DNA from: Epithemia pelagica
Taxonomy: Eukaryota > Protista > Bacillariophyta
Direction of reading: 5' to 3'
Length of the DNA: 64,000 bases
Assembly: GCA_946965045.2 (NCBI GenBank)
Contig: OX337235.1
Coordinates: 3,038,001-3,102,000 of the forward strand
Within the stretch, counting starts at the first letter, position 1; each line of letters opens with the position of its first letter. Of this stretch, positions 10,575-19,174 are shown one piece after another. Below the pieces are notes generated by a model. That model worked only from the letters and a program-made list of their open reading frames with translations, did no database searches and had not been told where the DNA came from. The translations under genes were made by a program, and so were the position numbers.

Positions 10575-10822
10575 AAGATTAGCTAACTAGAATCGTTGCG
10601 ATCTCGAACTCGTCTCGTAGTCGTTGCAAAGATGCTGAACCCAAGAAGAGTGAGCTCTTCTCACGCTCCAACGACTCTGCATCAGGGTCATCCTAAAACT
10701 TCCGATTGTGGGAATCAAATCGGATGCTCGCCTCGCGTCGAGGAGGCGGAGCAGTCGCACCGCTGTTGTCGGTCGCGGAGTCTGGCCAGCATCGGCCACG
10801 TCACTCCACCCAGTACAGACAC
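10575..10822. repeat. Split direct repeat A1 (element 5' terminus)
   Basis: Direct repeat of 2933-3170. Confidence 0.95.
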
Positions 10823-11522
10823 AGGTGGCACACCGCCTTTAGCTGGACCGCTTGACGTGGGTGAAGCGAATAGTATCTGCTGCTCCACTGGTTTGGTTTG
10901 GGTCTTGTCTTGGGTCTTGCCCTACGCTATTAAGAAAAATAAATCGCTCTTTACTGTACTCTACTCGTATCCATTCCCAGTTCATGTCGTGATTCATAGT
11001 TGTTTTGGTTGGGTGTAAAGATTAGATTCCCCAACTGGCTTTCTCTGGTCCATCAGTCATCAGTCAGTCCGTCAGAAGGCCATGGCGTTCAACAAGAGAA
11101 GGCCCTCCGTACTTTCATTGGTTCGATCCTTTCATGCCAGTGTTCCAACTCCAGCGCTGTTTCTGGAAAAGAACAAAATTCCCAACAAGTCGGCCTGGTG
11201 ACAATTGGTCAAGCCGTTTTTACTCAAAAGCCATTTAATATGATGGCATCGCTTCAAGAACAAATCAAGAAAGGGACCGATAATAGTACTGAATGATGAC
11301 AATTCGTCCATGAAACAAACCAATCTCCAAGCCATTCAGAATCTCAATGTGTATTTGGATACCATTCAAACCATGGTCGATGCTGTCGCGCAATCGCACG
11401 CCTTGGCGGATCCCGAACAACAATCACAACCACCATCCAGTAAGCCAGTAAGAACAATCCTCAATTAGCCTCATCCAAAATTCCCTTGGAGTTGTCTTGG
11501 TGGTCGAAGATACGACAGCCCT

Positions 11523-12101
11523 TTGGAAAAAGAACCGCGAGCGTCCCAGGGTGGCCACCCGCCGCAAGGTCGAATTGCTCTTGCCCAATTGGCAACCGGC
11601 CGTTCTTTACAGCGTATCAATAACCCCGAAGCCACCGTGGCGGAACGCATGTCTCACTTGACACGTCATGTCGTGGAGCAATTGCCTCAATTGTTGCGTG
11701 TCGCCGGATTGCCCGTATCCTCCAAATTGCGTTCCTCCTTGTTGAGAATGCAACAACACGAAACACGAGGCAGTCGACGACGACGGCTACGGCCTTCGTC
11801 CCAAACAATTTCTCGGGACCGTCTCAATGCCAATCGACGATCCTTTTTAGATACCATTGATTGGAATAAGGTTCGTTATCTGGTGAATGTCACAGCCGTG
11901 GAAGCCGAGGAGGCTGAAGCCATGCGTGAAACCATTGTCAAGACACCTGGTTTACGGCGTCAACTCAATGTCGCTCTCTTGGCACGGGTCAAGGTACGTC
12001 GTGGCCGAAGACTTTCTTGCGCTGCGAACCCGAACAGTAAAAGACCGACAGCCCCCGCACGCATGCAACAACGATTGCAACAACCAAAGAACCTCTGGTA
12101 A
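11523..12101 (+). CDS. Hypothetical protein exon; probably last exon of a spliced gene beginning near 11.2-11.3 kb
   Basis: 192-codon ORF with TTG start; an in-frame open stretch upstream (11292-11465) is separated by a TAG inside a GTAAG-started candidate intron. Confidence 0.35.
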   Translation: MEKEPRASQGGHPPQGRIALAQLATGRSLQRINNPEATVAERMSHLTRHVVEQLPQLLRVAGLPVSSKLRSSLLRMQQHETRGSRRRRLRPSSQTISRDRLNANRRSFLDTIDWNKVRYLVNVTAVEAEEAEAMRETIVKTPGLRRQLNVALLARVKVRRGRRLSCAANPNSKRPTAPARMQQRLQQPKNLW

Positions 12102-12281
12102 GCCATCATAGACCACTGCGTCTCGAGAGAGAAGCTGTCGAGTTCTAAAGACTAAAAGATAATGGATTGTGTATTTCTATTTCAGAAGTGCTTGAATGTT
12201 TCTTGGCTGTTGGCGTCTTCTGCAGTTGGACCAACGTGATGGACTACGATAGAATGGCTGCTCTTGTTGTTTCTTTGACGT

Positions 12282-14391
12282 TTATGGTTCGCAAAGGGAA
12301 TGGTGCGAAAAAGCTATTTCTCTTTCCGACTTCCGACTCGCTCGCGGGAACAAAAACTCGCTCCGAAAACAGCACCCACAAAAAACAGACACGGTTGTGG
12401 GTTGTTTCGCATCGTGTGCGGCGTGTGGGATTCATTTTTCCTTCGGTGCCCACAAATGGGAAGAGTTTGGCAAAGCAGACATTTCTTGTCCAATATCCCT
12501 GCATCCAAGTAGACAGGTCGCAGCAAACCCACTGTATACTGTATTCGCCAGGCATCGTCCATTCCAAGATGAGCCAAGAAGCTGATTATCGCATCCGCGA
12601 TCTGCAGATCGAAGTAAACCTTCTTCCCAGCAACAGCAATAGCCCTAGAAACGACTCCGACGCTCCAAAGATTACGCAGTCCACCACGATCTCGACGAAC
12701 GAGTCGCCATCGTTTTCCTTCAGCAGTGCAACTGAATCGTTTGAGTTGAAGACACCAACGGATCCGCCCACCAAGCCAGAGTCCTACGAAACTATGAGTC
12801 TAACTCCCACCATGAAGATTCCCATTGACGAAGCTCACGAGAAAATCAAGGAAGATGGTATTCTCAAATTGAATTGGGTAAAGAAACACCATGTTCGTTG
12901 CATCTACTTCCTTTATGGAATTGGTTACGCTCGTGACGACAACAACGACACACGCGTCGAGAAGATAAAAAAGATGATAGTCCCGGCAAAAGCATTCGAG
13001 CGCCTGAAAAGTATTGCGGTGTCCGAATTACAAGACAAGGTCATGCTCGGTGCAGGAGCGTTTGAGAAGTACCTTCGTTTCGCCTCTACGGTGCGAATTG
13101 TCTTCAAAAAGAAGAATGCAGGCGGCGGATTCCCTCGGGAAGCCGTGCTTCGCACCCAAAAGAGCCGTAATTGCTATTTGACTAGTGCCTGTGTTTGGGC
13201 CACTCTGCAGAGTCAATTCGATTTACCTGGAAATGATAAAGCCTGCCAGCTCCCTGACATTTCACAAGTTGCGCGTCGTCATATCTTGGACGAAGACGTG
13301 GGAGCTGCAAGTTTCGACAGACGCTTGGAGGATCGTGTGGTTCATGACAGAGGGTACTCTGCTCGTAAGCTTGCTCAAAAGCTTGTCGGCCGGGAGGGAT
13401 CACAAGAAGCAGCATGGCGAATATTCATGCTAGACTCGGGCGAAAAAACCAAAGACAAAGTGGACTATGCTTGGATTGAGTGGGAAAACAACATACTCTC
13501 TACTTACATCGAGGCCCTTGTTGGAAAACAACACAAGATTGGCCTCGTTACAAACTTTCGCGTTGCAGAACCATTTCGAACAGCCTCAGAGAAAGAGACG
13601 TCTGGAATTGGGTACTGGAAGTTTGATGGCGACAACATTGATACACAAGGCGAGTTTGTAAACCTGCCCGAAGACGAGGATTGCGGAACGGAAAAGACCA
13701 GACTCTTGAAACTCTGGAACAGACAGATGGAAGACATAAAAGCTGAAAAAGACTTTCGCAAAGCATCGTTGGATAGTCTCTTTCCGGACAGTATGTTCAA
13801 AAATTCTGTAGAGGAAGAGGGAAATGATGAAGAGCGCCTCGACCAGAATTCTCCTGGGCGAAATGATCAAGCGCAAGACCCCAAGCATTCCATGGTCCTT
13901 CTTGGCACGGTCCGAGAAATGAGTCGTCGACCGAGTGGCTATGGAAAAGAGGAAGAGAGGGTGTTCTTCGTTCTGTTGAACTCGTGGGGAAATATGCCGT
14001 GTGTTTTGGTGTCGATCGAGTATTTGCGTGCATGCGGCGCATATGTAAATTTCATTTTCAAACGACTAGACCAAGTTCCTGAGCTGGAGCGAAATTTCCG
14101 TTTGGCTGGAGAATGCAGCTTTCACGAAGATGGTGGGGACGACTCTTATTTCACAAGTTGGGAAAAGGAGGAAGACGATTATTAGCCTTGAACTCGAGGG
14201 AAGCAACCACAGAGCCATGGTTGTGTGTAATGCGAGTAGGCTTACACCAACACGGTTCGTCAAATCGGTAAGAGTCCCAATATTGGCATGTCTTGTGAAT
14301 CCAGTTGCAAGGCTGAGTTTTGGGGATCATCGGAGAAATCCTAATTTGACATGTCTAGTACAAGATTTATAAAAAAGTTTACTTGATGATA
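12282..14391 (+). repeat. Segmental duplication copy 1 (~2.1 kb; papain-like gene plus flanks)
   Basis: Near-identical to 15744-15778 + 18923-20995; shared start TTATGGTTCGCAAAGGG, shared end AAGTTTACTTGATGATA. Confidence 0.95.
12569..14185 (+). CDS. Divergent papain-like (clan CA) cysteine peptidase, intact copy (538 aa from MSQEADY; frame open from 12167)
   Basis: Q-x4-C motif RTQKSRNCY (Cys 13172-13174), KHSMVLLG (His 13886-13888), VLLNSWG (Asn 13979-13981): order and context of the papain C/H/N triad. Confidence 0.75.
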   Translation: MSQEADYRIRDLQIEVNLLPSNSNSPRNDSDAPKITQSTTISTNESPSFSFSSATESFELKTPTDPPTKPESYETMSLTPTMKIPIDEAHEKIKEDGILKLNWVKKHHVRCIYFLYGIGYARDDNNDTRVEKIKKMIVPAKAFERLKSIAVSELQDKVMLGAGAFEKYLRFASTVRIVFKKKNAGGGFPREAVLRTQKSRNCYLTSACVWATLQSQFDLPGNDKACQLPDISQVARRHILDEDVGAASFDRRLEDRVVHDRGYSARKLAQKLVGREGSQEAAWRIFMLDSGEKTKDKVDYAWIEWENNILSTYIEALVGKQHKIGLVTNFRVAEPFRTASEKETSGIGYWKFDGDNIDTQGEFVNLPEDEDCGTEKTRLLKLWNRQMEDIKAEKDFRKASLDSLFPDSMFKNSVEEEGNDEERLDQNSPGRNDQAQDPKHSMVLLGTVREMSRRPSGYGKEEERVFFVLLNSWGNMPCVLVSIEYLRACGAYVNFIFKRLDQVPELERNFRLAGECSFHEDGGDDSYFTSWEKEEDDY

Positions 14392-15018
14392 AGTGCTCCA
14401 CCAAACCTGGTAGTCACCTTTCTCGTCCGGTAAAAAGAGAAAGGCGTCTTTCTCCTTGTAGCCAAGTCTGACTACAACTTCCCCTCGCCACAACAGACTT
14501 TGCAGCGTGTAGGCCAATGCACCGCGCGTCTTCCCAATCCCCGGTTGTCCCGTGCCAAGGATAAAGTTTCGGTCACTAGTGTCCACGGTGTGGATACAAA
14601 GCCTGGCAAACTCCCGCATGGCAACGGTAGTGATAGTTTTCGGGTGCGATTTCGAGTCTGTGTCAAAACCGTGAGTGTCATTCTGTACAAACACACCCTG
14701 TCCGAGATGAGTCACGGTGCTTGGACTTTCATCGAAAGAAACCGAGACTCCAACATCCATTTCCGGATTGGACGTGTATTCTTGTTCTAAAGCCAGAGAA
14801 CATGCGTGCAAATTCACGAGCTCCATGGCATATGCATCGTGGGTATCACGTCGGAACCATCGAATGGTATCGCCTGGATGCTCCAGCACTTGTCGTATGT
14901 TATTCGATATCTGTTGTCCGTCTACGGAGAGAGGAGGTCTCCCAGACGGAGCGACAATAGTTTCCACCTTCATCTGGTGTCCATGGCCATCGTCCGGTTC
15001 TTTTGATGACGACAACAT
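14341..15018 (-). pseudogene. RHS/Crinkler-type P-loop NTPase fragment, truncated shortly after Walker A
   Basis: FILGTGQPGIGKT...LAYTLQSLL.RGEVVV; frame runs into the duplication boundary at 14391 and stops; MITE lies ~200 bp upstream. Confidence 0.65.
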
Positions 15019-15228
15019 TTGGACCTGAGAAATCCATACTACAGCAACTGTACAAAACCATCAAGATTAACTGAAGAGGAACGGGTTCTTCTTAGACGCT
15101 TTGGTGTGAAGTACTTCCTTTGTCTTTCGAGTTGTGCTCGCATCGATTATCATGATGTTGTTGTTACCGACGGACGACAGACTCAGGGACTCACTATTCC
15201 CCAGCGGGGGTGAGTTTTCGGGTGCTAA

Positions 15229-15743
15229 GGGGGTATATTATCGGGCGCGCGGAGCATGTGCGGAGCATGAGATATGGGCGGAGAAAGGCCAAACCAACCC
15301 GGATATAGAGCTTTCCTCCGCAAAATTTACATGCGGAGGAAGAGTGCGGGTGGAGCATGGTTGGAAGCAAAATCACGCGCCCACACACCACACACTCAAT
15401 GCGTCGAACAGTCGAAGTCTTCCGATGATGGATTTATCCAATGGATACTCTAAATGATAAGTAGTCTATAAAGGGAATGATTATTGTGTCCGGAAACCAC
15501 CCCTTTGCTTGCCATCGTCTTCCCAAAGTTGCTCTTCTCCTTCCTTTTCGATTCCATACTTAAGGCGACCCATACGCGTTTCCGTGACGGTCGAGGATTT
15601 TGAGCGCGCGCGCCGCGCATGCTCCGCATCTCTGCATCCGCCCACCAATAATATAGACGCGCGGAGCATGCATCGTGGAGCATGCATTGCTCCCCCCATA
15701 TCCATGCTCCGCCCATGCTCCGCGTGCCCGATAACATACCCCC
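15229..15743. mobile_element. 515-bp non-autonomous TIR element (MITE), possibly PIF/Harbinger (Tourist-like)
   Basis: ~55-bp imperfect TIRs: GGGGGTATATTATCGGGCGCGCGGAGCATGTGCGGAGCATG... vs rc GGGGGTATGTTATCGGGCACGCGGAGCATGGGCGGAGCATG...; about 8 subterminal GGAGCATG/CATGCTCC motifs; flanked by TAA (15226-15228) and TTA (15744-15746); no coding capacity. Confidence 0.88.
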
Positions 15744-16350
15744 TTATGGTTCGCAAAGGGAATGGTGCGAAAAAGCTACTCCCTCTGTAAACCCTTTGTT
15801 GCACCAAAAAAAGGGGAATTGCGAATTGCGTCATTTCATGGGCGTATGTCCGTTGGTCAAAAAAATTATATAGACTTATAGCTCCTTTTTGTACGAATAT
15901 TTTGGTATATAATTTATATGTTCGATCTCGTATTCCTGACGACCTGTGATAAAAAAAAGGGACGAATTGGAAGCACCTACTTTCATCCCGTACCGGTTGA
16001 TCCTTATATGCCTCCTAGGAGAGCGCGAGGGCCAGGACGCTCTATTGGAGTGTCAAAGGGACCAGAGTTGCCGGCACAATGCTGTGGTCGGGCCATTTTG
16101 ACCCTCATCACCATGGTCAATCAGGGCACCTTTTTCTGAGGTGCTTTGACTTCCGTCGCCAAATATTTTGTACTTTTCGTATAGTAGTGTAGAGGCGCGC
16201 ATGTCATTCTATATGATCCCCCACATTATTCTTAGACTTTGATACTCCGAATGAGCCAGCCGTCCTCCTTTAGGTTTGTACTGGAGTATACGTGAATTTT
16301 TAATGCGACTAAAATAACCAAAAACCAATTGGTGCAACAAAGGGTTTACA

Positions 16351-18915
16351 ATAATGCAAAAATACAACTGCAGTAGTATTCTTCTTGGCTGGTTCTCGAA
16401 TCGCGCAATATTATTCGGGAACAAGAGTATGCATCAGTCCCGTCCGGAGTATGTCTTCATAGTGTGCCTAGCTTGTGATGAGTGTATGTCATACAACTAG
16501 AAGTTGCCCTGAGAGTTGCGCAAACCTTACCAAAAATACAACTGTGCACTCTGATAGCAAGTGTACTTCATGATTGAAATACAACTTTTCTCACATTTTT
16601 AATTTCACGTACACCTTCGGACACATTCCTTCAGTAAATGAGACGAGAGAGGTTGTGCTCGTTGACACCTCTCACTCCTAGTCTGATGAATCATTCACCA
16701 TAACGCAGGAACCATGGGACGGAATAAGAATTCCTACAATAGTTCACTCATTGCCATGATGTCATATCTGGACAATGTTAAGCATGACAAAAACAAAACA
16801 TTCACTAATGAGCGACTTGCTCAACTCACTGCAGCAGATGTGGCACGGTACTTCAATTTTCGCGTCTTCAACACGCCAGAACCTGGACCTGATGACAGAC
16901 CATGCTATCGTTCAACCACCGTAGCCTACTGGAAAAAGGCAATTTCAAAGTTCATGCCAAACCGTTTGCCTCAGTGGAATCCTATTACTATGTCTGGAAA
17001 CCCAACCAAGTCACAAGAGCTAGCTGATTTACTAGCCCGTATCAAGAAGGCTGAAGTGAGAAAGCAGGGGGTGGAATCGCAAGCTTGTCGTGCATTGACT
17101 GAGAATGAGTTCCGGCAGGCTCTGAGGATCCTTCGTCAGGATCCTCAATATGGACCTCTTGTCAGCTATGGTGTTGTTGCGTTTTCAATTTTTCAGTCTC
17201 ACATGATAGGCAGGGTGGACTGTATCAGTCAATGGAAGGCAGAGTCATTCGAGAAGCATACAATATACCCAGATATTGCAGCAAGGGCAAGGCTACCATG
17301 GTCTAAGAATGTTAGACAGGAAGGTGATGCGCCATGGCAGCTTATTATTGGGTCCAGGGATCCCCAGTTATGTGTTTTGATTGCTCTAGCCATATGGCTA
17401 GAGTTCTATCTTTCGAACTACAAAGGCCTCAGTCCGTATGTATTCGCTTTGAATGCGGACTATCGTATTCCGGAAGGAGGGGACAAAATCAATGATTTTG
17501 TACAACGAAAGATGCGTGATGTGTACAGACGTGATGACTTTCAGCCTGATGATGATAGGCAAAAATTGGGAACACATTCTGTGAGGAAATATGCAAATAC
17601 TAGGGCACGTCGCTTGGGGGCACGGCCTGACGAAGCAGACTATCGTGGGAGATGGAAAAATGACAGGCGTGTCTCAACTGTTTGCTACACTGAAGAGCTA
17701 CCGTGGGTAGATGCCAAAGTTGCATCATATCTGTGCATTGGTGGAGCCTGTTCATACAGAATAAAACAACAATCAGAGATCACGGACGACTGGATATGTG
17801 AGCATGTGACTCCGTCTATAGCAACATCAGCCTCATACGGACGAGTCCTCGCCACATTGCTTGGAAAGGCACTTTTATGGGTCACATTTTCAGACCACAG
17901 TGAGTGGGTGCCACCAGCAATAAGAATTCGCATTAAAGAAGCTTATGAGGGGGTGCTGGGAACGGAAGTGGCAGACAATCCAGTGGAGAAGCACATGCTT
18001 GTCCTCACAGGTGAAGAGGAGATGGTCACAATAACAGAGGTGTCGGCAACTGCAACCCCAACACATGATGTCGCAGAGACTGCTGGTCCTGGTAACAATA
18101 TAGGCCAACTAGTACAAGGACAACAGACATTGGGAACAGGTCATCTTGATACATTTGCAAACCGCCAGCTACTTCAAGCAATGATGAGTCAAATGAACAA
18201 TCTGCAGGCGTCCATGGCAAGTCTAACAGAAGAGATGCGGGAAGCAAGAGAGGTTAACAGGCTTGCTATGGAAGGTCACTTTCGTATAGTGAACCAAAAC
18301 CTAAGATGGATTCAACGGCATCCATTACGCTTGATGCAAAGAGCCGCCAATCAGCACCATGGTGAACAACAGTTGCGCAATGGTGGTGCCGTTCGTCCTA
18401 TTCTACGAGCAGAACTGAGCCCCACACCCAAAACACTCTATGACCTCTGGGAGGAGTGGACCAAAGGCATTGGTGGCAGAAAGCCAGCATGCCAATTCAC
18501 TCCCCAAGAGCGAGGGAAAAAAGAGGTAAAGCACAAGTTCTGTAGACGGAAGATAGTTTGGGCCCGTATTTCATTGCTCGTCAATGCTGGGTACAGTGCC
18601 CAAGTCGCATGCGACAAGATATATGATGCATATGGCCAATCCACAACAGTCACCCAAATAATCAACAGAATGAAAGAAGATAAAGCCCAAGGACGAGTTC
18701 CTGAATCGTTGCAAGTAAATTAGAATACTGTCTCATGTCTTTCACGGTCGTCTTTGTGCCAGCAATATTCCTCTACCTAGAGGTGTTGGAGTAAGTTGGA
18801 AGGTAGTAAAGGTATCGTCTTATGGATGCCCACCTACTATAACGTCTAAAGTATCGTAGGAATGTACCAGAAGCTACGTAGTTTTACTCCCCGTTGTATT
18901 TTGTTCGGATACTAC
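16351..18915 (+). mobile_element. Crypton-like tyrosine-recombinase DNA transposon (boundaries inferred)
   Basis: Splits the MITE right TIR; encodes YR+GCR1_C protein; subterminal motif CAAAA(A)TACAAC at 16357, 16531, ~16577 and inverted at 18893-18903. Confidence 0.72.
16714..18723 (+). CDS. Crypton tyrosine recombinase with C-terminal GCR1_C-like DNA-binding domain (669 aa)
   Basis: HMIGRVD (R), LGTHSVRK (HxxR), YRGRWK, VCY; C-terminal LSPTPKTLYDLWEEWTKGIGGRKPA...RRKIVW resembles GCR1_C; uninterrupted ORF. Confidence 0.88.
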   Translation: MGRNKNSYNSSLIAMMSYLDNVKHDKNKTFTNERLAQLTAADVARYFNFRVFNTPEPGPDDRPCYRSTTVAYWKKAISKFMPNRLPQWNPITMSGNPTKSQELADLLARIKKAEVRKQGVESQACRALTENEFRQALRILRQDPQYGPLVSYGVVAFSIFQSHMIGRVDCISQWKAESFEKHTIYPDIAARARLPWSKNVRQEGDAPWQLIIGSRDPQLCVLIALAIWLEFYLSNYKGLSPYVFALNADYRIPEGGDKINDFVQRKMRDVYRRDDFQPDDDRQKLGTHSVRKYANTRARRLGARPDEADYRGRWKNDRRVSTVCYTEELPWVDAKVASYLCIGGACSYRIKQQSEITDDWICEHVTPSIATSASYGRVLATLLGKALLWVTFSDHSEWVPPAIRIRIKEAYEGVLGTEVADNPVEKHMLVLTGEEEMVTITEVSATATPTHDVAETAGPGNNIGQLVQGQQTLGTGHLDTFANRQLLQAMMSQMNNLQASMASLTEEMREAREVNRLAMEGHFRIVNQNLRWIQRHPLRLMQRAANQHHGEQQLRNGGAVRPILRAELSPTPKTLYDLWEEWTKGIGGRKPACQFTPQERGKKEVKHKFCRRKIVWARISLLVNAGYSAQVACDKIYDAYGQSTTVTQIINRMKEDKAQGRVPESLQVN

Positions 18916-19174
18916 GGGAGTATTTCTCTTTCCGACTTCCGACTCGCTCGCGGGAACAAAAACTCGCTCCGAAAACAGCACAAACAAAAAACAGACACGG
19001 TTGTGGGTTGTTTCGCATCGTGTGCGGCGTGTGGGATTCATTTTTCCTTCGGTGCCCACAAATGGGAAGAGTTTGGCAAAGCAGACATTTCTTGTCCAAT
19101 ATCCCTGCATCCAAGTAGACAGGTCGCAGCAAACCCACTGTATACCGTATTCGCCAGGCATCGTCCATTCCAAG

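Larger units (their letters stand above)
2742..10822 (-). mobile_element. Tyrosine-recombinase retrotransposon with split direct repeats (Ngaro/PAT-like, DIRS order); full length, inactivated copy
   Basis: Element-orientation order A1-gag-RT/RNaseH-YR-B1-A2-B2; RT (KFDWSSAYRR, LTFG, YLDD), RNase H (ADS, NLFEYIA, LSDNSSAV, HIPGSKNDVSDILSR) and YR (RS, HSLR, GRW, Y) motifs; no DDE integrase, no LTRs. Confidence 0.92.
15779..18920. mobile_element. Stowaway/mariner-like MITE (TA target duplication) carrying a nested Crypton-like insertion
   Basis: Empty site AAGC-TA-TTTC in copy 1; filled site TA(15777-8)...TA(18921-2). Left end CTCCCTCTGTAAAC; 15786-15807 is a perfect 22-bp inverted repeat of 16329-16350; terminal GGGAG remnant at 18916-18920. 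Confidence 0.82.

Noticed and set aside
15193-15209. 17-bp inverted match to 60371-60387 (CCCCGCTGGGGAATAGT)
   Set aside because: An isolated 17-mer match is roughly expected by chance in 64 kb and does not extend.
12283-18825. TATGG at 12283, 15745 and 18821 as CryptonS-type termini (motif recalled from the literature)
   Set aside because: The first two are explained by the duplication, and no matching TATGG marks the left end of the YR segment; the TA and TIR evidence gives better boundaries.
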